Below are positions 53,811-64,000 of a stretch of DNA of 64,000 bases, one piece after another (the stretch's first letter is position 1; every line of letters begins with the position of its first letter). Both the position numbers and the translations under genes were made by a program. Origin of the DNA: Octopus vulgaris (taxonomy: Eukaryota); contig OX597814.1 of assembly GCA_951406725.2 (NCBI GenBank), positions 168,206,001 to 168,270,000 on the forward strand, given 5' to 3'. Below the pieces are notes generated by a model. The model searched no databases. It was given only the letters and a program-made list of their open reading frames with translations, and was not told the DNA's origin.

Positions 53811-53853
53811 TTCTGGCTGATGAGACACATGTTGAAATACCAGTGTCCTGGAA
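53811..53853 (+). ncRNA. Minimal type I hammerhead ribozyme (CpG-decayed)
   Basis: TTCTGG-CTGATGA-GACA ca TGTT-GAAA-TAC ca GTG-TC-CTGGAA; all three stems pair when G-U is allowed. Confidence 0.7.
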
Positions 53854-54531
53854 TCTCTTGCACTGATGAATGAAATGTTTTATGAACACATAGTCATCGT
53901 AAAGGAAGAGCAGTTCTGTGACAAACACAACAGTTGTTAGCATGTTTTCTGGAATGTATCAAAAGAATAAATATAGGCGTAGGAGTTGCTGTGTGGTAAA
54001 TAGCTTGCTTACCAACCACATGGTTCTGGGTTCAGTCTCACTGCGTGGCACCTTGGGCAAGTGTTTTCTACTATAGCCTCGGGCCGACCAAAGAGTGGAT
54101 TTGGTAGAAGCCCATTGTTTATATGTATATATATGTATGTGTTTGTGTTTGTCACCCCAACATCGTTTGACAACCGATGATGGTGTGTTTACATCCCTGA
54201 ACCTTAGCGGTTCGGCAAAAGATACCGATAGAATAAGTACTAGGCTTACAAGGAATAAGTCATGGGGTCGATTTACTCGACTAAAGGTGGTGCTCCAGCA
54301 TGGCCACAGTCACATTACTGAAACAAGTAAAAGAGTATGCAAGTTATCAAATAGTATAAATGTTGGCTGTAAAATAGTTTCTTAAAAAAGTTGCTTAATG
54401 ACATTGTGACCAAGTACCTTAATAGAAACATTATTAACTTTAAAATATATGTTAAATTTTCTATTGATTAGACTTTAAGCTTAGCTTATGAATACTTTTA
54501 GAGGTCTGATGAGTTATTGCTAATAAGAATA

Positions 54532-55084
54532 TAATTTCAGTGGAATACATCCCCTGGTTTTCAAAACTAGAAATATTAAAATTTCTAAGTCTCTCTAAAG
54601 GAGACTACGGCAGCGGTACTGGATATTAATAGTTATCGCCAAGCTAATATGGTAGTCCATAAATATAAAACTAAAGCTGCCGTTGATTAGCTTACCATAT
54701 TAGCTTGGCGATAACTATTAATATCCAGTACCGCTGCCGTAGTCTCCTTTAGAGAGACTTAGAAATTTTAATATTTCTAGTTTTGAAAACCAGTGGATGT
54801 ATTCCACTGAAATTAGGTAAATAATCCTTCGAACAGACGGTCAGTAGCGACGCCTGCTGGGTCTGGCTACTCTGCATTGATAAAGGGCAAATACCCTGAA
54901 ACATGTCTGCAGATGTCTGACCAGCAAGGGGAAGCGGCTGACCTCCCTGTTCGAAGGTTATAATGGACACAGGTTCGTGTGTCATATAGCTAGCTAGAGG
55001 CGATGGCCTCTTGGAGCTAATCAACGGCAGCTTTAGTCTTATATTTATGGACTACCATATTAGCTTGGCGATAACTATTAATAT
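54532..55084 (+). mobile_element. Candidate non-LTR retrozyme insertion (360-nt monomer, partial tandem copy, inverted piece)
   Basis: 32-bp direct repeat at 54693 and 55053; 54532-54692 is the reverse complement of 55015-55052 joined to 54693-54815; embedded hammerhead; many internal hairpins; no meaningful ORF. Confidence 0.75.
54871..54913 (+). ncRNA. Type I hammerhead ribozyme, U3-A8 core variant, minimal palindromic stem III
   Basis: TCTGCA-TTGATAA-AGGG caaata CCCT-GAAA-CATG-TC-TGCAGA: perfect stems I and II, GUC cleavage triplet. Confidence 0.8.
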
Positions 55085-55847
55085 GGAGAGTAAAGAGATA
55101 ATAACATATCCAGGCTGTCACTGCACTCATTAACCAATCTGTTCCTGTCAAGCCTTCTCCAAACTCGTCTTCCTCTACTCTTCTCACTGCAGCACAATCT
55201 ATGCAGCTGCTGTAGAAATGTACATATTTCATCCCCCTTTTGTGCTACCAGTTATCCTTCTTCTTGGAACCATTTCCTTTGTCACCTATTCCCTATTCTG
55301 AAAATCATCCCTTACTACTGTATTTTCCACTGAACACCCTCTCATATCTGCCATTATGGTCCATCGCTCACCTTCACTTGTCACTCACTACATTCACCCA
55401 TCCAAACCTCTGATCTTAGTCTTTGTCACTATGCACCTCTATCTCACTCCTCCACTCTTCCTATCATCACTCTATTTTCCTTCATCTTCCTTCCAAGCTG
55501 AGAGTGCCATTGACTATGCTTCTACTCATGTTCACCATTCACTGCATTTACCTCTATCCCTATCTCTGTCTCTCACTCTTCTTTTACATTCTTGTGAACT
55601 TAACCCTCCACCTTTTCTGATCTTCTGTTCCTGTTCTCTCTTATATTCAAGTTGATGGATGATAAATCCATGTAGAAATATGTATCTTACCTATTGCTAT
55701 GTAATCTAGGATAAGTCTCTCAGTAAATTTTGGCTTGTGTAATAAAACATATCTGTGTATGGGTATTACTTTCTTACATGTATAAAATTTGAGTTTACCA
55801 AGATTCTCTGAATTATTTCTACAAAATCTGATGTTTTTGTTTTTCAG

Positions 55848-55913
55848 TGTAGATCAAGTTGTACGGATATATGATCGACATGGCGTGCTAAAGAATTCCA
55901 TAAATCTACAAGG
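55848..55913 (+). CDS. WDR19: WDR19/IFT144 coding exon 3
   Basis: ttttcag|...GG|gtaaga; 66 nt, phase 2/2; VDQVVRIYDRHGVLKNSINLQ(G), cf. [22 protein letters not shown]. Later exons lie beyond the window. Confidence 0.95.
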
Positions 55914-57029
55914 GTAAGAATTACTTTTCTTTATGTTGTTTTCCTTTTTCTTTTTCTTTCTCCCCTTCTCTCAATCTGAGTTACTCTATTTGATATAAAA
56001 AACAGTTCTTAAAATTTAAGTTTGTGTGCCTTTAAGAGTGGCAACTTCTGGTTTTGGACAGAACCAAACAAGATCCTTACTGAAAGAAATGACAAGTGTG
56101 TTGGAAGGTTATGAAAGAAAGGCGGCGAGCTGGCTGAAACGTTAGCACGCTGGCGAAATGCGTAGCTGTATTTCGTCTGCTGTTACGTTCTGAGTTCAAA
56201 TTCCGCCAAAGTCGACTTTGCCTTTCATCCTTTCAGGGTTAATAAATTAAGTACCAGTTACGCATTGGGGTCGATATAATTGACTTAATCCGTTTGTCTG
56301 TCTTTGTTTGTCCTCTCTGTGTTTAGCCTCTTAAAGAAATAGGTTATGAAAGAAAGAAATCAAATTCCAACACAGTTCTGTCTTAAAAATATCTTGCCTG
56401 GAATATTAGTTAAAACTCACTTGCATGCAAACTTATTTTACCAATTTTATTTGACCTAATACTTATGGATTGTGGAAAATAATTATTTCTTGAAGAGAAG
56501 GATTAGATTAATGGAATTGTCATGGAAATTAATCAAGAGATTAGTACAACAAATGCAATGTAGTTAAAATTGCAAGCTTGTAGCTAATTTTCCCCTCAGT
56601 ATGTGGGATCACAATAGCTACAAAACATCTGTTGATTTTGAAATAGGGTTTTGAAAGAATCCCTTATCATCATCATCATTGTTTAACATCCGCTTTCCAT
56701 GCTAGCATGGGTTAGACGATTTGACTGAGGGCTGGCAAACCAGATGGCTGCACCAGGCTCCAATCTTGATTTGGCAGAGTTTCTACAGCTGGATGCCCTT
56801 CCTAACACCAATCACTCCAAGAGTGTAGTGGGTGCTTTTACATGCCATTGGCATGAGGGCCAGTCAGGTGGTACTGGCAACGGTCATGGAAAATTGTGAT
56901 TTTTATTTATTTATTTATTTTTTATTTTATTTTTTTTTTAATAATTATTATTATGATGTATTTTCAGTAATTTCATGCCAGTTTTTCAATGTACAACCAG
57001 GTACCTCTGTGTTTTTGAGGTATATACTG

Positions 57030-57650
57030 TGAGGGTTTCTCTTGTAATGTGAGTGTACATGTTTGGAAGAGTGCCAGTGTTCTCAGAGAGAAGTTAGGCG
57101 AAAGAATTGGTTGCTGTGTGCAAGAGAGGAGACTGTGCTAGTTTGGTCAAGTGCTGCAGATGGATGCTGACAGCTCCATAAAGAAGTGTTGATCTCTCAA
57201 TGTGGATGGAACACGTGGAAGTGGGAGACTCAGGAAGACATGGGATGAAGTACTGAAGAATGACCTTAGGAAGCTGAACCTTTCAGGTGAGATGACAGAG
57301 GACCGAGATATCTGGCACCTGACCATACTCAAGAAGACCCATACCCTGCAGCAGAATAGTGAAGACTTTTCCTTCTGGTTGTGTAAACCACTTGTGGTGG
57401 TGCCATTTAAAAGTGGCTGTGTAGTGACACGTAGAAGCACCTGTGCGGCAACACATAAAAGCACCTGTGTGGTGTCACGTAAAAGCATTCAGCACACTCT
57501 GTAAAGTGGTTGGTGTTAAGAAGGGCATCCAGCTGTAAGAAACCATGTCAAATCAGACTGGAGTCTGATGCAGCCCCCCCCAGCTTTCCAGCTCTGGTCA
57601 CACCATCCAACCCATGCTAGCATGAACAATGGACGTTAAATAATGATGAT
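57030..57650 (+). mobile_element. RTE-clade LINE 3' end (ORF C-terminus + 3' UTR with (GAT)n tail)
   Basis: ERRLC*FGQVLQM (cf. RRLRWFGHVxRM), GTRGSGRLRKTW, EDRDIW; continues into the abundant AGGAAGGGCATCCAGCTGTAGAAA...GGACGTTAAA(GAT)n repeat. Confidence 0.88.
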
Positions 57651-58800
57651 AATCTTTTCTACTCTAGGCTCAAGGCCCGAAATTTTTGGGGAGGGGGGGG
57701 CCAGTCGATTCGATCGACCCCAGTATGCAACTGGTACTTAATTTATTGACCCCGAAAGGATGAAAGTCAAAGTCGACCTTGGCGGAATTTGAACTCAGAA
57801 CATAAAAACAGACGAAATACTGCTAAGCATTTTGCCCGGCGTGCTAATGTTTCTGCCAGCTCGTCGCCTTGATGTTCCCTGCGTTGCTCATTTTTTATGA
57901 ACAATGTTTCAGTATTGTTATTTGTGTACAATATGTACTGTCAGCTTTTGAACCGAGTCATGTTTAGGAATATTTTTTTTGGATTGTGTGCCAAATTATA
58001 ATATATGGAGCTGTACTGATACTTTTTCCATGATTTTTTACATCATACACATTGCATCAGTTATCATCTGTATCATTTTTACTCTTACACTCCACATATG
58101 GCTTACTTCTGTTTTGAGGTCCTTGTATTTTTGTAGCTTTCCAACTTTTAATTCCATTGGCTGAATAACCGTCTCCTTCCAGAAATACCCTAAGATTTAA
58201 TGACTCATTTGTTTTTTTTTCTACTACCAAAACTTCCAGTCTTGTCACCATTTATTTATCATCTCTCTTTCAAACTGTATACATGCTCTACTACACAAAT
58301 TCATGAAAGATCTGATTGTGATGCATCATATAATTTTTCTGTTAGCCCTAAAAAACTGCACTCAGATTTCTTGTTGGTTTCTGACTCTGTCTGTGATTCA
58401 TTAGTGTATTAAGTTTGTCTATTGTACCAGTTCTTGCCTGATGCTTGTTTATCCAATTCTTATGAGAGTGTGTTGTTTGAGTCATACTATTAAAATGAAA
58501 ACTCCTTTCTTAATATGAAGACTGTACCTAGGATTGCTATGTTTTGGGGCTTTGCTGAGTTTGCACTCTGATACAGTTTTTATGTTTTTGTTCATATATT
58601 TTTTTCAACATACTCTTTACTTGTTGTGACTGTGGCCATGCTGGAGCACCACCTTTAGTCAAGCAAATCGACCCCAGAACGTATTCTTTGTAAGCCTAGT
58701 ACTTATTCTATTGGTCTCTTTTGCTGAACTGCTAAGTTATGGTGATGTAAACACACCACCATTGGTTGTCAAGTGATGTTGGGGGAACAAACACAGACAC

Positions 58801-58837
<37 letters not shown>

Positions 58838-59009
58838 TATATACGATGGGCTTCTTTCAGTTTCCGTCTACCAAATCCACTCACAAGACTTTGGTCGGCC
58901 TGAGGTTATAGTAGAAGACTTTTGCCCAAGGTGCCATGCAGTGGGACTGAACCCAGAACCATGTGTTTGGTAAGCAAGCTACTTACTACACAGCCACTCC
59001 TGTGCCAAT

Positions 59010-59310
59010 GATACACAGGGATCCAATTATTATTGGTACTATTTTTCCCTTTCATAACCCATATCCTGCTTATTTCAATTTCAAGATCCTTGTATTTTTG
59101 CACATAATGACCTCCTTCCAAGCAATATTTTGTTCAAGAAAATCAGATGTTTATCAAGAATTCAAATAATTTTGTTCCAAACTTTAATAATTATATCTGT
59201 ATAGTTTGTCTTCATCTCCTTGTCAATCTGGACAGACATGTTCCACATAACCGTGACCAAATTATCATCATGTACCATTTCTGGCACATGTTTATGCCAC
59301 TTCTTAACCG
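59010..59310 (-). mobile_element. R4/Dong-like RLE endonuclease fragment
   Basis: Minus strand gives KWHKHVPE..VMWNMSVQID..TNYTDII and QKYKDLEIEISRIW, matching WYxHxP / WD / NRPDI / KYxDLxxEIxRxW. Confidence 0.7.
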
Positions 59311-59328
59311 TTTTTACTAGTATTTACC

Positions 59329-60877
59329 TACCGTAAATCCTTGAGTATATTCCGCATTTTTTCCAAAATTTAAAGGTCAAAATCCCTAGTGCGTACTATA
59401 TATGAGGTTAAAACTGAAAAATATTTTCTAAGCAATGTCTGGGTCTTTATTTGCTGTCCGGCAATGTTTATTCAGGCACAAAAATACCTTAACCCTTTTG
59501 TTACTGTATTTCTGACCAAAATACACCCCTCATGAGGTTCAATTAAATTCTAAAATAATCATGAATCTAGGCTTGTTTCATTAAATAACTGTAACTTTTT
59601 TACTTATCAACATATTAATGTGATATTTGGAACATAATTAAAGAAAGGGTTCTTAATCAATTCTATTGCATAACTTTTGTCTCAAAGTGACTTTAATTAC
59701 AGGTAAATCCAGGTAAATTGAGCAAAAGGTAAAAATATTAAAATTTTGTTTAAACATCACCATAGAAAATGAATCATCAGCTAATATTCAAATGGGTATG
59801 CAACAAAATTTTGATAAAGAAGAATTGTGCACATCACTATATCATCAGTTGAATTTAATGCACAACAGGTGTACCATAAAGGTGGAATAAAGTGAAATAC
59901 TGGAATCCACCGTAAGTTTGACCGAACTAAAGAAATCGGTCAAAAAATAATATACGGCCCTGGTTATGGTATGGAAGTGATAAATTCCAGACCACATCGT
60001 TCCCTAGGCCATGCTGACTAACATTATTTTCCCTGTATAAAAACTAAATTCACACAGTACCCAGTATTTGCTTCACAAATTTTCCGAAATTTGAACCCCC
60101 ATTTTGTGTTTGTTTATGTTCTGCGTAAGTTTGTTTCCGCATTGATCGCTTCAAACAATAACTTCCAGACCACATCATACCCTAAGCCATGCTGACTAAC
60201 ATAAGTTTCCCTGTATAAAAACTAAATCCACAACAGTACCCAGTATTTGTTTCACAAATTTTCCAGTTCGGAATCAATGTTTGATAACATTAAACTCCTA
60301 TCCATTTTCAAAGTTGAAGAAAAATCGATGCCAAAAAAAATGTGGAAAAAAATCTCCCAAAATTCAGGGAATTAAAATTACACGTCGATCGTTGTACAAA
60401 ACTGTAGATGAATTGTTTACGAAGCATAATCACGTGTTTTCACGAATGTACTAAAGAGATTTGCTCTGATATTCTCATTTAAATATGAATAGGTAAATTC
60501 GGGCGGCTTTGGGCGGTTTGGTAATGAAAAGGTTAAGCTAAGTCTGAAAGCAATGAAGTCATAAAAGAATCATCCATAACTTGCAGTAAACAACATTTAT
60601 TAAAATAAAAGTATTCAGAACACAGAATAACATGTAACAAAAACAATTTACAAACATATTTACATTCCCATATAACAGTTAAGAACATCACCATTATTGT
60701 ATTACACATGCGCAGAAGTATTTGTTTGACTAGGTGCTGCTGGCTTAATTACGCATGACTCAAGTTAGAGAAGAGGTGTGTATTATACACAAGGTTTAAG
60801 TTTTTCAAAGGTACAGCCCCCTAAAAATCCCCTGTGTATTATACTCAAGGGTGGACTATACTCGAGGATTTACGGTA
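59329..60877. mobile_element. Second copy of the CCGTA MITE carrying a nested TTAA element
   Basis: taCCGTAAATCC...GGATTTACGGta; colinear with 24914-25422 apart from the insert. Confidence 0.9.
59493..60532. mobile_element. piggyBac-type non-autonomous element
   Basis: TTAA at 59489-92 and 60533-36; TIR ~CCCTTTCGTTACC; internal ~100-bp direct repeat (about 59985 and 60163). Confidence 0.88.
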
Positions 60878-62509
60878 ATTATCCAAATAACTATACAACA
60901 AATCAATCTAATTAACATACCACAGACAAATCCTTAACAGTGATGTTGGATAGTGAATATAACTGCTGATTCAACATGTCAGAGCAGATAGAAATGTTTC
61001 AGTTAATTGTCTCGTTGTACTGATTACATTAGCCTGCACTTAATGTTAGCTTCTTGTTTCACTAGTTTCTTCTTATTGTTATTTGTGGTTAGACATTTCA
61101 TCCTGTACATCTAAAATTGTACTTTCTGATTCTGATTTTAGCTCAGAGCTTTTGAGCTGTTCTTAGCTTTTACTCTGGCTTACTTCTTCCTTTCTGTTGG
61201 GTCTTTCAGTGTATCAGCTATGGAGTGATTTTTCTCTCCAATATATATTTTTAGCATATTTTGGAATTCTGTTTTGATTTTGTGTTTTGTTATTTTTAGT
61301 AATTTTTGTTGTTTTATCCTTATCTAAATCTATTTTTTTGTTCAATTAGCCCTCAGCTTATACTTCATTGTTTATATATATATATATGTTGGATGATCTA
61401 CCTGACTGGCCCTCGTGCTGGTGGCGCGTAAAAGCACCCACTACACTCTCGGAGTGGCTGGTGTTAGGAAGGGCATCCAGCTGTAGAAACTCTTCCAGAT
61501 CAGATTGGACTCTGATGCAGCCATCTGGTTCGCTAGACCTCAGTCAAATCGTCCAACCCATGCTAGCATGGAAAGCGGACGTTAAACGATAATGATGATG
61601 ATGATGATATATATATATAATTTGAAAAAATTCTTTGTTTCCTTATTACACTTGTCAGTTTGTCTTTGTTTAACTCTTAAGCACTTTTTCATTTTCCACT
61701 GTTTTTACTTTGTAGATATTCTCTAATTCTGCTTGAGTTCCATTTTCTCAGTAGGTAGGATGCATATCTCATATTTATCTATATCAGTTTTTGAAATTTT
61801 TATGAGTTCTGCAGTCTCCAAGTTTGACATTTTGTCTGACAATAATTAGTACTAACCTCTTACATCAGCTCATCTTTTAATTCCCTTTCTTTTCTACTCA
61901 GTATAACACCTCATCCTGCCAAGCATGACAGTCTCCAACAAAGAAGCAGTGATATGTGACTTGGCTTTTTATATAGAGCAATTATTATTTTTCTGTTGGG
62001 AAGGTGGCTAGCTGGTAGAATCATTAACATGCTGGACAAAAATTCTTAGTACCAATTTGTCCGCCTTTATGTTTCGAGCTCAAATTCCACCAAGATCAAC
62101 TTTGCCTTTCATCCTTTTGAGGTCTGTGAAATAAGTACCAGTTGAACACTGGGGCTGATGTAATTGACTTACCTTCTCCTCTAGAATTGCTAGCCTTGTG
62201 CCAAAATTTGAAACCATCATTTTTTTTTTGCCAGAGTTCTATGTTGATCATATCAACTGAGTCATGTCCTAAGACATTCTGGCAACAAGCATCCTTAACT
62301 CAGAGAACTTTGTGAATGATTTTTATGAGAGAGGATAATTTTCTGCTTTTTTGTTATTCAACTCTCTTATTTCAATATTACTTTCTTCTTAAGTAATGAA
62401 TTGAGTGTTTATTCTGATTATTCATGGAGTTGTTGTGGACTTGTATGTATTATTCATGAGGTACTTCAGTGAATAATTGAAAATTTTATGAATAATTTTG
62501 TTATTGTTG

Positions 62510-62868
62510 CTTTTGCTGTTTGTTTGTTTGTTTGTTGAGCGAAGCGGTCTTCATCCCAGAGCTCGCAAGATCGTGCCTCAGGATTGTCTGTAGTGGGAGA
62601 AGTTCGAAACGTGGTCCTTTGCTGTTTGTAAGACCCACAGAAGAGAAAGCAGGTCAACCCCCGACACCGAGAGCTTCGACAGATGGATGAATGTGCATCC
62701 AGGCTCAGTGGTTGCATAGGAAGTCGGGGACAAGAAACAGGAAGAAAGAGTGAGAGAAAGTTGGAGCGAGAGTACAACAGGGGTCGCCACCACCCACTGC
62801 TGGAGCCTCGTGGAGCTTTAGGTGTTTTCGCTCAATAAACATACACAATGCCCAGTCTGGGAATCGAA
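62510..62868 (-). mobile_element. SINE sharing the head/core of the 30893 family but with a different tail ending (CAAA)n
   Basis: TTCGATTCCCAGAC...GAGCGAAAACACCTAAAGCTCCAC matches 30950-31010; the 3' half is unrelated. Confidence 0.75.
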
Positions 62869-63249
62869 TGGATGTTGTTTAATCCCAAGTCATTTCTGGT
62901 TGAGTAAACCTGTGATCAAAACAATTCTGTGGCCATACCATCTTTTATTGAGACATAGTGTATTTAAGCTTGTAGGTGTGATTTGAAGGAGTTTTGATTG
63001 CTATTTATAGTTGGTTAAACAATCATATAGAGTATTTTTCTCATTGGTTCCTGTTGGGATGTTTTTCTAATATCTGAAAGCTGAAGGTCAACAGACATAA
63101 CCTTACACTATCTGTTCACTGTGCTTCTTTCGCAAGAGTACTGAACTCTCAATGGCTCACTCCACTGGAAATACAAAATGTATCTGTGAATTGAAGATAG
63201 TTTGCTCACAGCACACCTGACACAGCATTTGGCAGAAGGTTACACATGT

Positions 63250-63484
63250 TAAGGCGGCAAGCTGTTAGAAACATTAGCATGCTGGGTGAAATGCTTAGCG
63301 GTATTTCGTCTGCTGGTACGTTCTGAGTTCAAATTCCACCAAGGTCGACTTTGCCTTTCATCTTTTCGGGGTCAATTAAATAAGTACCAGTTATGCACTG
63401 GGGTCGAAATAATTGACTTAATCTGTTTGTCTGTCCTTGTTTGTCCGCTCTGTGTTTAGCCCCTTGTGGGCACTAGAGACATAA
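63250..63484 (+). mobile_element. tRNA-derived SINE family A with TSD
   Basis: Flanked by AGAAGGTTACACAT duplicates. Confidence 0.9.
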
Positions 63485-63794
63485 GAAGGTTACACATATA
63501 TTTCTTGTTACATTTATCTTATTCCTTACTTTGCTTTGATAAAGGATCTGCCTGAAATGTCAATCTGCTGACTGACATTTATAGCATACATTTAACCCTT
63601 TAGCATTTAAACCGGCCATATCCAGCCCAAATATTCTACCCATTTTATGGTCAAACTGGTCAGATCCAGCTTCTCACACCTGTCTGACCATGTCATTCTT
63701 AAAATAAAACAATCACATCATCAAAACCTGGAAGCTATGAAGTAATGCATGACGAACTCAGAAGAATGTGAACAAATATGTATTACATTTGACA

Positions 63795-63796
<2 letters not shown>

Positions 63797-63862
<66 letters not shown>

Positions 63863-63912
63863 TAATAATTAATAATTAATAATTAATAATAATAATAATA
63901 ATAACAATTAAT

Positions 63913-63962
<50 letters not shown>
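63797..63962. repeat. (AAT)n microsatellite
   Basis: About 165 bp of AAT with AATT interruptions; truncates a TTAA-type MITE starting at about 63592. Confidence 0.95.
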
Positions 63963-64000
63963 GTCGTTGTCGTCGCCGCCGCTGCCACCACCACCACTAC

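Noticed and set aside
54497-54599. One large hammerhead joining CTGATGAG at 54506 to GTC at 54589
   Set aside because: Stem I register is off by one, GAAA is absent (CAAAA), and the 3' part belongs to the inverted insert and forms its own AGTCTC/GAGACT hairpin.

Overview
AT-rich, intron-dominated animal genomic DNA. The SINE/LINE repertoire and microsatellite load suggest a cephalopod, probably Octopus; this is recognition, not a database result. Two spliced + strand genes are supported. The first is the 3' four coding exons of a DDAH-family gene (11709-34774), in which the catalytic Cys aligns to Ser, as in vertebrate DDAH2. The second is the first three coding exons of WDR19/IFT144 (48613-55913, continuing beyond the window). 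The rest is decayed mobile DNA: tRNA-derived SINEs, CR1-like and RTE LINE 3' ends, HERO- and R4-like fragments, a Penelope-like element with its hammerhead ribozyme, Tc1/mariner relics, TTAA (piggyBac-type) and CCGTA-ended MITEs, and a 24-bp minisatellite. The most interesting signal is in WDR19 intron 2 (54532-55084). It is a 360-nt, highly self-complementary, non-coding unit carrying a type I hammerhead with a compensatory U3-A8 core. It is present as about 1.1 tandem copies plus an inverted piece that reads through the monomer junction, so it is a candidate retrozyme copied from a circular or multimeric RNA. Almost all ORFs in the supplied track are repeat or microsatellite artefacts. Repeat boundaries are approximate; exon boundaries were counted by hand.
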